A stretch of DNA of 64,000 nt from a virus. Position numbers and translations under genes: made by a program. This document shows, piece by piece, positions 54,911-64,000 of the stretch; position 1 is the stretch's first letter; every line of letters starts with the position of its first letter. Below the pieces are notes generated by a model. It had not been told where the DNA came from. It ran no database searches and was given only the letters and a program-made list of their open reading frames with translations. Where the stretch lies: positions 32,001 through 96,000 of IMG/VR virus record IMGVR_UViG_3300042937_000216; one strand, 5' to 3'.

Positions 54911-57900
54911 TGCAGGCACCAAGAAGATTACAGTTACGAAGAGGCAACACAGCGGCAATTAGTACCTACGTTGGTGCCCCTGGTGAATTGATAGTTAATA
55001 CCGATACTAATACCTTATATCTTCATAACGGAACAACGGTTGGGGGCGTCGCTACTTCAGTTAATACATCTAGTATTACAACAAATGTTTCGGCGTTACA
55101 AGGTAATGTAGCAATATTACAAGGTAATATACTAACTTTACAATCTGGAATTACAACCTTAACTAGCAACGCAGCTGTACAATCAGGCATACTAGCAACA
55201 TTGTTAGCCAATGCCGCAACACAAGCAGGTGACCTAGCAACCTTAACAAGTAATGCCGCAAGTCAAGCTGGTGACATAGCAACCATCTACGCAAACTTAG
55301 GTGCGGTAAGTGGAAGCATAGCAACATTAACTAGTAATGCCGCAATACAGGCAGGCCTACTAGATACATTAACAGGTAATGCAGCTAGCCAAGGCGGAGA
55401 ACTAGCTACCTTAGTAGCTAATGCCGCAACACAAGCGGGTGCGTTGGCTACTTTAACTAGCAATGCCGCTAGTCAAAGTGGAACACTTGCCGACCTAATA
55501 GCCAATGCCGCAGTTCAGGCAGGACTAATTGCTGGTAGTACAGGCACATACGGTAATGCTAATGTGGCTGCTTACTTGCCAACATATGATGGCAATATTG
55601 CGGCTAATATTAGCAAAGCAGGCTACACTTGGACCTTTGGCACAGATGCTGTCCTAACTTTACCTTCGGGTGGAACTATTTTAGAAAGCGGTTACGGCAG
55701 TGCTGGCGCTATAAGATTAAAACCCAATGGTGGTACCAGCACACAGTATCTAGAAATAGCACCTACTGCGGTAGATGGTAATCATGTTCATCTGATGGCC
55801 GGTAGCGGAACAGAACTATTCTTAGGTGACGATAATCACTATGTTAAATTGGCCAATACTGGCGGTGTGGTAATCAACAGCAATGATGGCGCCGGTAATA
55901 CTGCCCAGTGGACCTTTGGCACAACTGGTAATTTAACTATCCCGGGCAGTATCATTGGTACCAGTCATATAAACATCGACAACCGTGATTCGGGCAACAC
56001 CGCAGATATCAACTTATATTCAGCCGATGACATCTTGTTACAAGCTCGTGATCGTGAAGGAGATTCTGGCTCAGAAGGTGGTGACATCAATATCTATGCT
56101 GGGGATAGTGCTGTAGGTAGTGATGCCACTGGCGGCGATGTTCAAATACGTGGTGGCGACGGCGGCGCGGGTGACAGCTACGATAATGGTGGAGATGGTG
56201 GATACGTCACCATACAGAGCGGACAGGGCGGTGCTGCCTCTGGTATTTACTCTGCACGAAGCGGCGGTGATCTTACACTTCGTGCAGGCGATGCTGGTAC
56301 AAACAATGGCAATATTAACCTAGGTAATGAGGGTGGTACTGTAATCATCGAAGCTGGTGACAGCACAGCTAATGGCGTTAATGGTGGCACTATCTATCTA
56401 ACTTCGGGTGCCGCTGATGCAAGCGCATTGGCAGGTGATGTTGTGATTCAAGCCGGTGGTACCTGGACTTTTGGCGGGAATGGTAACTTGAACTTGCCAC
56501 AAGGCGGCACAATTACTGAAGGTGGTGGACTCACTGGTGCTATTCGACTAACTCCCTCAGGTGGTGCCAATGATAATCAAGCATTGCTAATTTATCCCAC
56601 TGCGGCTGCTGATGGTGATCATATACACTTGACCGCAGCAGGCGGTTCAACTGAATTGTATCTTGGCAATGACCTTCACTATGTCAAGTTAGTTGATGGC
56701 GGCAATGTAGAACTACGAGCCTCCACTGCGAATTTGTCTGCTCAGGCGGCTTGGACATTTGACACTACTGGCAAAATAGATACCATCCAGGCATTGGGGA
56801 TAAAGGTTCCCAATGGTGTGCCATCTGATGTTGCTGTTATCAACAGCACCACCGGCAGTTGGGAAATAAATCCTAGGTCCGACTTGGCCACAACAGGCGG
56901 GTCAGGCAGTGGATTGAGAGTAAATGTGACAGAGACTGGTGGATATGCCAGCACTATTGCTATTGCTACCGCTGGTACTGGATACAACAACGGTGATCTT
57001 ATTACAGTCACAAGTGGCACATCCAATGCTACATTCACCATTGTTATTGGAGGTCGAAACACTTGGACCTTTGGCACAGGTGGTACTACACAATTTCCTA
57101 ATAGCTTGATACTAGCACCAGTTAGTCAAAGTATCACTATGCAGAGTGATCAATATTCACAGTTGATGTGGCAAAACGCTAATGTAACCGTGGCCCCAAA
57201 TATGGCTACTTACTCAAACTTCTATGTAGCACAAAACAGTGCTACCTTGGATATTGGCTATCTTGACGGTAATAGTAGCCCACAATTCAAAGAGTGGCTC
57301 TGGAGTGTAGATGGTAATCTAACATTACCAAGTGGTGGATATATCCTTAACAGTGATAATTCAATCTACGGTGCCGGTAGCAGTTACAGCAACGTTGATG
57401 TAGCAAGTTATCTACCTACATACACGGGCAATATTGGCAACATAGACTTAGTAGCTAACTTAGGAGCAACTAGTGGCTCATTAGCAACACTAACAGCCAA
57501 CGCGGCTAGTCAAGCAGGTAACATAGCAACACTGACTGCCAACGCCGGGGCACAAGCAGGATCACTAGCAACAATTACGTCAGTGTTGACCAGTTCAAAT
57601 GTAGCAATTGGAGAAAATGCTGCCTACACTGCGCAGGGGCAATATGCAGTTGCTATTGGTTTGTATGCGGGTGGTGATACACAAGGAGAACGTGCGGTAG
57701 CTATAGGCTCCAATGCTGGTAAAACTGCGCAAGGGGCTTATGCAGTAGCCATTGGTAGACGTGCTGGAGAAACCAACCAAGGCAACAACTCTATTATTAT
57801 TAATGCAACTACTGGGGTATTAAATCAAACCACAGCCAACACATTCACAGTGGCTCCGGTTAGAAATGATGTGGCTAATATTAGTCAAATCATGTTTTAC

Positions 57901-59196
57901 AACACCACTAGCAAAGAAGTTACCTACGGAAATATTATTAACATTGCGGGCAATGTCTCAGCTAACTATTTTGTAGGTAATGGTGCCCTATTAACTGGTA
58001 TTGTAGCCAGCGGCAGTAACTATAGTAATGCTAACGTAGCTAGTTACCTACCAACATATAGTGGTAATGTTGCTAACCTAACAGTTACTAATACGCTAAC
58101 CCTTACTGCTACTAAAATAGCATTGGGTAGTGGCGCCGGGGCCTTCGGTGGTCAAGGAACTGATTCGATCGCAATTGGTCGTAGCACAGGTCAAAATATA
58201 CAGGGCAATAGTGCTGTAGCTGTAGGAGGGTATGCTGGACAAAACAATCAAGGTGACGATGCAACTGCTATTGGGCAGAACGCTGGATTCAATACACAAA
58301 GTCTACAAGCAGTAGCAGTTGGTAGTGGTGCAGGACAAACGTTTCAATCAATGGGTGGAGTAGCAGTTGGCTATGCCTCAGGACAAACATCACAAGGACT
58401 ACGAGCTGTAGCAATTGGTTCTGTTGCTGGTAATGACCACCAAGGCCAACAGGCTATCGCAATAGGACACCAGGCGGGATATTCATACCAACCTGCTAAT
58501 AGTATTGAGATCAATGCTTCGGGCACTCCGATCGATTATACTGATCTAACTGCTGGTTTATATATTACATCAGTCAAAAATGACACAGCCAACGTCACAA
58601 ACGTGATGTATTATAATACAACTTCAAAAGAAGTTACTTATGGAGCAGCAAGTGGCAGCTACAGCAACAGTAATGTAGCAAGTTACTTACCAACATACAG
58701 TGGTAATATTACAGCAGGTAATGTTATTGCTACACGCTTTATTGGTAATACTATTGGTACAACTGCTACATTTACTAGTAATATCACAACATCGGGTACT
58801 ACTAGTTATTTTGTTGGTAATGCTGGCCCAGCAATTGCTGGCAGTACAGCATCAAGCGTTGGTTATATGGGCTTACCACAAAGTGAAACCAGTACCAGTG
58901 CCACATTAGCCATTGGTGATGCTGGCAAACATATCTATGTAACAACAAACAGCCAAACAATAACCATTCCAGCAGCTAGTTCAGTGGCTTACCCAATCGG
59001 AACTACTCTTACATTCATAGCAGGACCAAGTGCTACTACTGTTACTATTGCTATCACCTCAGACACTATGTACTTGGCAGGTACAGGCACAACTGGTTCA
59101 CGTACACTAGCCGCACATGGCATGGCCACAGCAGTTAAAGTCAGCGGACTAAGTTCAGCTGGTGTGTGGTACATTAACGGAAGCGGGTTAACATAA
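54910..59196 (+). CDS. Long tail fibre / adhesin (Mtd-like N-terminus, coiled-coil repeats, YadA-head-like repeats)
   Basis: LQLRRG...GEL..NTDT; LATLTSNAA.QAG repeats; AVAIG..AG...QG repeats. Confidence 0.8.
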   Translation: MQAPRRLQLRRGNTAAISTYVGAPGELIVNTDTNTLYLHNGTTVGGVATSVNTSSITTNVSALQGNVAILQGNILTLQSGITTLTSNAAVQSGILATLLANAATQAGDLATLTSNAASQAGDIATIYANLGAVSGSIATLTSNAAIQAGLLDTLTGNAASQGGELATLVANAATQAGALATLTSNAASQSGTLADLIANAAVQAGLIAGSTGTYGNANVAAYLPTYDGNIAANISKAGYTWTFGTDAVLTLPSGGTILESGYGSAGAIRLKPNGGTSTQYLEIAPTAVDGNHVHLMAGSGTELFLGDDNHYVKLANTGGVVINSNDGAGNTAQWTFGTTGNLTIPGSIIGTSHINIDNRDSGNTADINLYSADDILLQARDREGDSGSEGGDINIYAGDSAVGSDATGGDVQIRGGDGGAGDSYDNGGDGGYVTIQSGQGGAASGIYSARSGGDLTLRAGDAGTNNGNINLGNEGGTVIIEAGDSTANGVNGGTIYLTSGAADASALAGDVVIQAGGTWTFGGNGNLNLPQGGTITEGGGLTGAIRLTPSGGANDNQALLIYPTAAADGDHIHLTAAGGSTELYLGNDLHYVKLVDGGNVELRASTANLSAQAAWTFDTTGKIDTIQALGIKVPNGVPSDVAVINSTTGSWEINPRSDLATTGGSGSGLRVNVTETGGYASTIAIATAGTGYNNGDLITVTSGTSNATFTIVIGGRNTWTFGTGGTTQFPNSLILAPVSQSITMQSDQYSQLMWQNANVTVAPNMATYSNFYVAQNSATLDIGYLDGNSSPQFKEWLWSVDGNLTLPSGGYILNSDNSIYGAGSSYSNVDVASYLPTYTGNIGNIDLVANLGATSGSLATLTANAASQAGNIATLTANAGAQAGSLATITSVLTSSNVAIGENAAYTAQGQYAVAIGLYAGGDTQGERAVAIGSNAGKTAQGAYAVAIGRRAGETNQGNNSIIINATTGVLNQTTANTFTVAPVRNDVANISQIMFYNTTSKEVTYGNIINIAGNVSANYFVGNGALLTGIVASGSNYSNANVASYLPTYSGNVANLTVTNTLTLTATKIALGSGAGAFGGQGTDSIAIGRSTGQNIQGNSAVAVGGYAGQNNQGDDATAIGQNAGFNTQSLQAVAVGSGAGQTFQSMGGVAVGYASGQTSQGLRAVAIGSVAGNDHQGQQAIAIGHQAGYSYQPANSIEINASGTPIDYTDLTAGLYITSVKNDTANVTNVMYYNTTSKEVTYGAASGSYSNSNVASYLPTYSGNITAGNVIATRFIGNTIGTTATFTSNITTSGTTSYFVGNAGPAIAGSTASSVGYMGLPQSETSTSATLAIGDAGKHIYVTTNSQTITIPAASSVAYPIGTTLTFIAGPSATTVTIAITSDTMYLAGTGTTGSRTLAAHGMATAVKVSGLSSAGVWYINGSGLT

Positions 59197-59906
59197 TGGC
59201 TGGAGCAGTTGCAGGAGTATTAGCCAGCTATGGTGCGGCAGTGTCGCCCGGTTTTGCCAATCCTACATTAACTTTTGGATCAGCTGTGACTACACAGGCC
59301 ACAAGTCCTTTTACGGGAGGCGGCAACAGTTATAGATTTTCAAGCAGCGTTAACAGTTATATTACCACCCCGGGCAGTGATAACTGGGCAGTAGGTACTG
59401 GAGATTTTACTGTAGAATGGTTTGGTAATCAAAGCAGTACAGCACAATTCCAGAGAATATTTTCTACAGGTGATTATCCCAATATGAAAATTGGTGTTAG
59501 TATAGAATCTGCTACATTTTATTATTGGGCAAACAACTCTACTCGTTATAATTCCGCAGGCTCTACTATAGTTAATACCTGGTATCATTGGGCAGTAGTT
59601 CGAATCAGCGGAACAACTTATGTTTACAGAAACGGTACTCTACGAGGCAGCTCGTTTGCCGATACAAACAATATCACAGACAATACCACAACATTAGTCA
59701 TTGGCAATACCAACACATTTGCTACTAACGCTGCATTTGTTGGCGATATAACAAACTTTAGATTTATAAAAGGACTGGCCGTTTATACCGGCAATTTTAC
59801 AACACCCACCAGTGCGTTAACCGCTACAGCTAATGCTAATCCATACGGTGGATCAAATACTGTCGCTATAGGCTCAGGATTTACTAAACTGCTGCTGGTT
59901 CCATAA
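59196..59906 (+). CDS. LamG/concanavalin A-like tail-associated protein
   Basis: GTGDFTVEW, WYHWAVVR.SG....Y.NG, G.ITNFR..KG.AVYT.NFT.P. Confidence 0.8.
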   Translation: MAGAVAGVLASYGAAVSPGFANPTLTFGSAVTTQATSPFTGGGNSYRFSSSVNSYITTPGSDNWAVGTGDFTVEWFGNQSSTAQFQRIFSTGDYPNMKIGVSIESATFYYWANNSTRYNSAGSTIVNTWYHWAVVRISGTTYVYRNGTLRGSSFADTNNITDNTTTLVIGNTNTFATNAAFVGDITNFRFIKGLAVYTGNFTTPTSALTATANANPYGGSNTVAIGSGFTKLLLVP

Positions 59907-60068
59907 CTGTAAATATGCTAAAGACGATCTACGGAATATAAAATGGCCATAACATTAAGCAAAAGTATTTCATTAACTGGCGGCATTAGTGCTACCGCTG
60001 GCTTCCTGTCAGAGGTAGGTGTTTATAATACAGTAAAACTAATAAATACACAATAACAGAGAAAAACT

Positions 60069-62768
60069 ATGATATTAGCAAACGTTAACATTGGTTCAGG
60101 TCCGAGCGCAGGTGATGGTGATCCATTACGCACGGCATTCAATACAATTAATCAAAACTTTGACGCAATTGAAAGCAACGTTAACGCACTTTCAAATAGT
60201 GTAAGAACAGTAGCTGGTCGTACAGGTAACGTGGTGCTAACTACTCAAGACATAGTTGGTATTGGTGCGTATGCTAATACAGCCTACATGACAACGTTAG
60301 TAACTAATCAAGTTAGTGCGTTAAGTTTTGCTAGTAATGCTAGTGTAGATACTAAGATTGCAGCAAATATTGCTAACATAATTAACGGAGCTCCCGGAGC
60401 CTTAAACACATTAAATGAATTAGCTTCTGCTATGGGTAACAATGCTAGTTTGTCTGCTACTATTACAAATAGTCTAGCCACATTAACTGCTAATGCGGCT
60501 ACGCAAGCCGGCGCTATTGCTACCTTGACTGCTAATGCAGCAGTACAAGCCGGCCTACTTGCTACATGGGAAAGTGGATTCGATAATCTAGCAGCTAATG
60601 CTGGAGCACAAAGCGGACAAATCACCGCACTAACCAGTAATGCCGCAGTACAATCAGGAGTACTTGCTGGACTAACCAGCAATGCCGCAGTCCAAGCAGG
60701 ATTAATTGCTGGCCTACAAAGTGATGTTACTAGCTTAACAGCCAACGCTGGTGCGCAGGCAGGTAGTCTAGCTACATTAACCAGTAACGCGGCTGTACAA
60801 GCAGGTGCTATAGCATCATTGACAACAGCATTTGATAGTTTAGCAGCCAATGCCGGTGCTCAGAGCGGCAGTATCACATCGTTAATCAGCAACGCGGCTG
60901 TACAAGCAGGTGCTATTGCTGATACAAACACAGCAATCACCACAGCTAATACTGCTATGAAAGGCTATGTTGACGCAGTCACTACTGCGTGGACTGCTAA
61001 CGCCGGAGCTCAAGCAGGTGCTATTGTAACTGCTAACACTCACATGAAGAATTATGTAGACAGCCAAGTTGGTTCGTTGGTTAACAGTGCGCCCGGTGCG
61101 TTGGATACATTAAAAGAAATTGCTGATGCGTTGGGTAATGACGCTAACTTATCAACAACTTTGACTAATTTAATTACCAGTGCTGATGCCAATGTATCAA
61201 TTGCTAATCTAGCAATGAAAGGATACGTAGATAGTTATGTAACAACGCTGACCAGTAATGCGGCTGTACAAGCAGGTGCTATCGCTACGTTAACAAGTAA
61301 TGCCGCTAGCCAAGCAGGCAGTCTAGCAGACCTAGCAACAGCATTTGATAATCTTGTTAGTAATGCGGGCGTACAAGGCGGCAGTATTGCCTCTCTAACA
61401 GCCAATGCCGCTGTACAATCGGGTGCGTTGGCTGAACTTACTGCTAATGCCGCTGCTCAATCGGGTGCGTTGGCTGTACTTACTGCTAATGCCGCAGTAC
61501 AAGCAGGATTAATTGCTGACCTAACAGCCAATGCCGCAGTTCAAGCAGGTCTGTTAGGAACACTTGGTGCTGTTAATTTAACAATTATTCAAGGCAATAT
61601 TTCAAGTCTCGAATCAAATGTTTCCACATTAACTAGTAATGCCGCAGTACAGGCAGGAGCCATTGCAACACTAACAAGCAATGCCGCAGTACAAGCTGGA
61701 TTGATAGCAAGTTTAGATGCTAATGCCGCAGTACAAGCAGGTGAGATTGGAACTATATATGCTAACTTAGGCGCAGTAAGTGGGTCACTAGCAACATTAA
61801 CGGCCAATGCTGGAGCACAGTCGGGTTCATTAGCAACCTTAACAAGTAACGCTGCAGTACAAGCAGGTGATATTGCAACCATCTATGCTAATCTAGGAGC
61901 AGTGAGCGGATCACTTGCTACATTAACTAGTAACGCAGGTGCGCAATCAGATTCGTTAGCAATACTGTCAGGCAACGTTACTACTATATTTGCTAATCTA
62001 GGAGCAGTGAGTGGAAGCCTAGCAACACTAACAAGTAATGCCGCAGTGCAAGCAGGCGACATTGCAACCATTACAGCTAACTTAGGTGCAGTTAGTGGAT
62101 CACTTACTACACTAACAAGTAACGCCGCAGTACAAGCAGGCTTAATTGCTAATATAACCAACGGAACAGCAACATTTGGTAATTTAGTACCAAGTGCTAA
62201 TGTAACTTATAGTTTAGGTAGTGAAACTAACCAATGGAAAGATTTATATCTAAGTGGCAGTACAATTTATATTGGCGGAGCTACATTAAGTGTTGCTAAC
62301 GGAGCAATTAACTCTAGTTTACCTATCTCAGCTAACTTATCAGCAACTAATATCACAGTACAAGGCACACGTATAGAATTTGCCAGTGGCGGCTATATAG
62401 AAGAGTCAGAGGTATTAGACGGCAATTTAGCACCGGCAGGGTATTACGGGGTATCACTGAACAGCTCAGATGACGGTATTATTGGCATGAACGCATTAGA
62501 TAGCAATGCCGCAGTTACAAGTAGTGTGGTTGTATCTAACGTAGCAGTACAGTTAAATGTTGCCAATAGTATTAGTGGCGGTAACGCACATATTTGGTAC
62601 TTTGACAATACTGGTACTGTTACATTTCCGGATAATACTACACAAACTACTGCTTACATTGATTCATTTACAATGGGCAATGCTGTCCATTGGACCAGCA
62701 ATGTTTACACAGTAGCAAACGCATTAAATCAACTTGCAGCACGTATTTGGGCTATTGAACATCCATAA
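60069..62768 (+). CDS. Tail fibre / baseplate-anchored fibre with extensive coiled-coil repeats
   Basis: T4 gp9/gp10-like N-terminus NIG....GDGDPLRTAF..IN.NF; AP.ALDTL.E.A.ALGND motifs; many 14/21-aa repeats; ATAAATA at 60042. Confidence 0.8.
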   Translation: MILANVNIGSGPSAGDGDPLRTAFNTINQNFDAIESNVNALSNSVRTVAGRTGNVVLTTQDIVGIGAYANTAYMTTLVTNQVSALSFASNASVDTKIAANIANIINGAPGALNTLNELASAMGNNASLSATITNSLATLTANAATQAGAIATLTANAAVQAGLLATWESGFDNLAANAGAQSGQITALTSNAAVQSGVLAGLTSNAAVQAGLIAGLQSDVTSLTANAGAQAGSLATLTSNAAVQAGAIASLTTAFDSLAANAGAQSGSITSLISNAAVQAGAIADTNTAITTANTAMKGYVDAVTTAWTANAGAQAGAIVTANTHMKNYVDSQVGSLVNSAPGALDTLKEIADALGNDANLSTTLTNLITSADANVSIANLAMKGYVDSYVTTLTSNAAVQAGAIATLTSNAASQAGSLADLATAFDNLVSNAGVQGGSIASLTANAAVQSGALAELTANAAAQSGALAVLTANAAVQAGLIADLTANAAVQAGLLGTLGAVNLTIIQGNISSLESNVSTLTSNAAVQAGAIATLTSNAAVQAGLIASLDANAAVQAGEIGTIYANLGAVSGSLATLTANAGAQSGSLATLTSNAAVQAGDIATIYANLGAVSGSLATLTSNAGAQSDSLAILSGNVTTIFANLGAVSGSLATLTSNAAVQAGDIATITANLGAVSGSLTTLTSNAAVQAGLIANITNGTATFGNLVPSANVTYSLGSETNQWKDLYLSGSTIYIGGATLSVANGAINSSLPISANLSATNITVQGTRIEFASGGYIEESEVLDGNLAPAGYYGVSLNSSDDGIIGMNALDSNAAVTSSVVVSNVAVQLNVANSISGGNAHIWYFDNTGTVTFPDNTTQTTAYIDSFTMGNAVHWTSNVYTVANALNQLAARIWAIEHP
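60470..62160 (+). repeat. Coding repeats (42/63-bp units, core AATGCCGCAGTACAAGCAGG), also at 55150-55530 and 57450-57580
   Basis: Degenerate in-frame repeats encoding L.TLT(S/A)NAAVQAG. Confidence 0.85.
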
Positions 62769-62808
62769 TTAGCTTGACCTAAACTAATATTCAGTATATA
62801 ATAACTAT

Positions 62809-63834
62809 ATGCTGAATATCGTCTCTGACTTCATTAAAAGTATTTTACCTGCTAAACGCAAGACAACCCCTACAGGTTGGACGAGCTTTAATGCTCCCTG
62901 CTGTCACCACAACGGTGAAAGTCCTGATACTAGAGGTCGTGGCGGATTAACTGCTAATGCCGATGGCAGTGTAAGCTATCACTGTTTTAATTGTAATTTT
63001 AAGGCAAGTTTCCAACCAGGGCGTCACTTAACATTTAAGTTTCGCAAACTATTAAGTTGGTTAGGTGCTAGCGACAATGATGTTAAACGCTTAGTAATAG
63101 AAGCCATCCGTATTAGAGAGCTGGTTGCTCCAGAAGAAATTAAAGAACCAGAAGAAAAGATCGAGTTCAAAGTTCGTGAACTGCCTAAAGATGCTGTGAG
63201 TTTCCAACAGATACTTACATATCATTTATTAGATGATTTTGCTAATGTTCCGGGTCTACTAAATTCAGCAGTTGGCTATGTTAAAGATCGCAACATTGAT
63301 ACAGACAAGTATGATTTTTATTGGACTGACTCAACAGAACACAGTCTACATCAACGTGTGATCATTCCTATGATCTGGGAAGGTAAGATTATTGGCTATA
63401 CAAGCCGCGCCTTTGTAGACGGGGTTAAACCCAAGTATTACAGTCATTATGAACCTAACTTTGTGTTTAATACCAATAATCAAAAACGTGAAAATAAATT
63501 TGTTATTGTCTGTGAAGGTCCGTTTGATGCTATGTCAATAGATGGTGTTGCTATTATGAGCAATGAGTGTAGTGAAACACAAGCTGAAATCATTGAGAGT
63601 TTGGGCAAAGAAGTCATTGTAGTAGCCGACCGCGACAAGGCAGGTGCTAAGTTATTACAGAATGCTATGGAATATGGATGGAGTGCTAGCTTTCCTGTAT
63701 GGCAAGAAACCTGTAAAGATATCAATGAAGCTGTGGTTAAGTATGGTAAACTGTTTGTGCTTAAGGCTATCTTAGATAGTAAAGAAACGAGCAAACTTAA
63801 AATTGAATTGATGAGAAAAAAACTGTATAATTAA
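62809..63834 (+). CDS. DNA primase (Zn-binding + TOPRIM)
   Basis: PCC...YHCFNC Zn motif, IIGYTSR, PKY, CEGPFDA, ADRD.AG, KDINE; promoter TTGACC-17-TATAAT at 62774. Confidence 0.85.
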   Translation: MLNIVSDFIKSILPAKRKTTPTGWTSFNAPCCHHNGESPDTRGRGGLTANADGSVSYHCFNCNFKASFQPGRHLTFKFRKLLSWLGASDNDVKRLVIEAIRIRELVAPEEIKEPEEKIEFKVRELPKDAVSFQQILTYHLLDDFANVPGLLNSAVGYVKDRNIDTDKYDFYWTDSTEHSLHQRVIIPMIWEGKIIGYTSRAFVDGVKPKYYSHYEPNFVFNTNNQKRENKFVIVCEGPFDAMSIDGVAIMSNECSETQAEIIESLGKEVIVVADRDKAGAKLLQNAMEYGWSASFPVWQETCKDINEAVVKYGKLFVLKAILDSKETSKLKIELMRKKLYN

Positions 63835-63838
63835 TAAT

Positions 63839-64000
63839 ATGACAACTGAATATACACCAGAACTACAAAAACTATTTTTAGAAATGATGGTACAAGACGC
63901 ACAATCATTTGTGCGTGTACAGAACATTTATAATCCTGAAAACTTTGATAGAAGTCTGCGTGAAGCGGCACGGTTTGTTAAAGAACACAGCGAACAGTAC
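63839..64000 (+). CDS. 5' part of probable replicative helicase (DnaB/gp41-like), truncated by window edge
   Basis: MTTEYTPELQKLFLEMM...RVQNIYNPENFD directly after primase; catalytic motifs lie outside window. Confidence 0.55.
   Translation, partial: MTTEYTPELQKLFLEMMVQDAQSFVRVQNIYNPENFDRSLREAARFVKEHSEQY

Noticed and set aside
54910-62768. CRISPR array or DGR template/variable repeats
   Set aside because: Repeats are in-frame, vary at synonymous positions and lack unique spacers or adenine-specific variation; no cas or reverse transcriptase in the window
1863-63794. Other short antisense or alternate-frame ORFs nested in long genes
   Set aside because: They overlap well-supported genes and show no RBS or motifs
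1-64000. Stop-codon reassignment
   Set aside because: Long genes are intact in the standard code, TAG and TGA end genes normally, and no suppressor anticodon was found

Overview
A 64-kb segment of a large lytic, T4-related (jumbo-type) bacteriophage genome. It is AT-rich, almost entirely + strand, and uses the standard genetic code. It carries T4-like recombination/replication genes (gp32 SSB, UvsX, UvsY, UvsW, primase, start of a DnaB/gp41 helicase), an unusually small DnaE-like protein and two HNH homing endonucleases. A ~5-kb array of 26 tRNAs covers all 20 amino acids and is interleaved with structured non-coding segments. There are large accessory blocks (radical SAM enzymes, methyltransferases, ahcY, fhs, desaturase, TauD, NDP-sugar enzymes), two outer-membrane porins with a Pho-box-preceded OprO/P + PlcP-like pair, an early-promoter cassette region and repeat-rich tail-fibre genes. 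The porin/AhcY/Fhs set suggests a Gram-negative, possibly betaproteobacterial (Methylophilaceae-like) aquatic host (inference only). The most striking unexplained element lies upstream of the tRNA array. Tandem sigma70 promoters precede a 43-codon leader ORF containing all 20 amino acids (codons for 25 of the 26 phage tRNAs), and its last codons overlap an antiterminator that competes with an intrinsic terminator. This is a candidate universal tRNA-shortage-sensing attenuator. All assignments come from reading the sequence and recalled motifs; no searches or folding programs were run.
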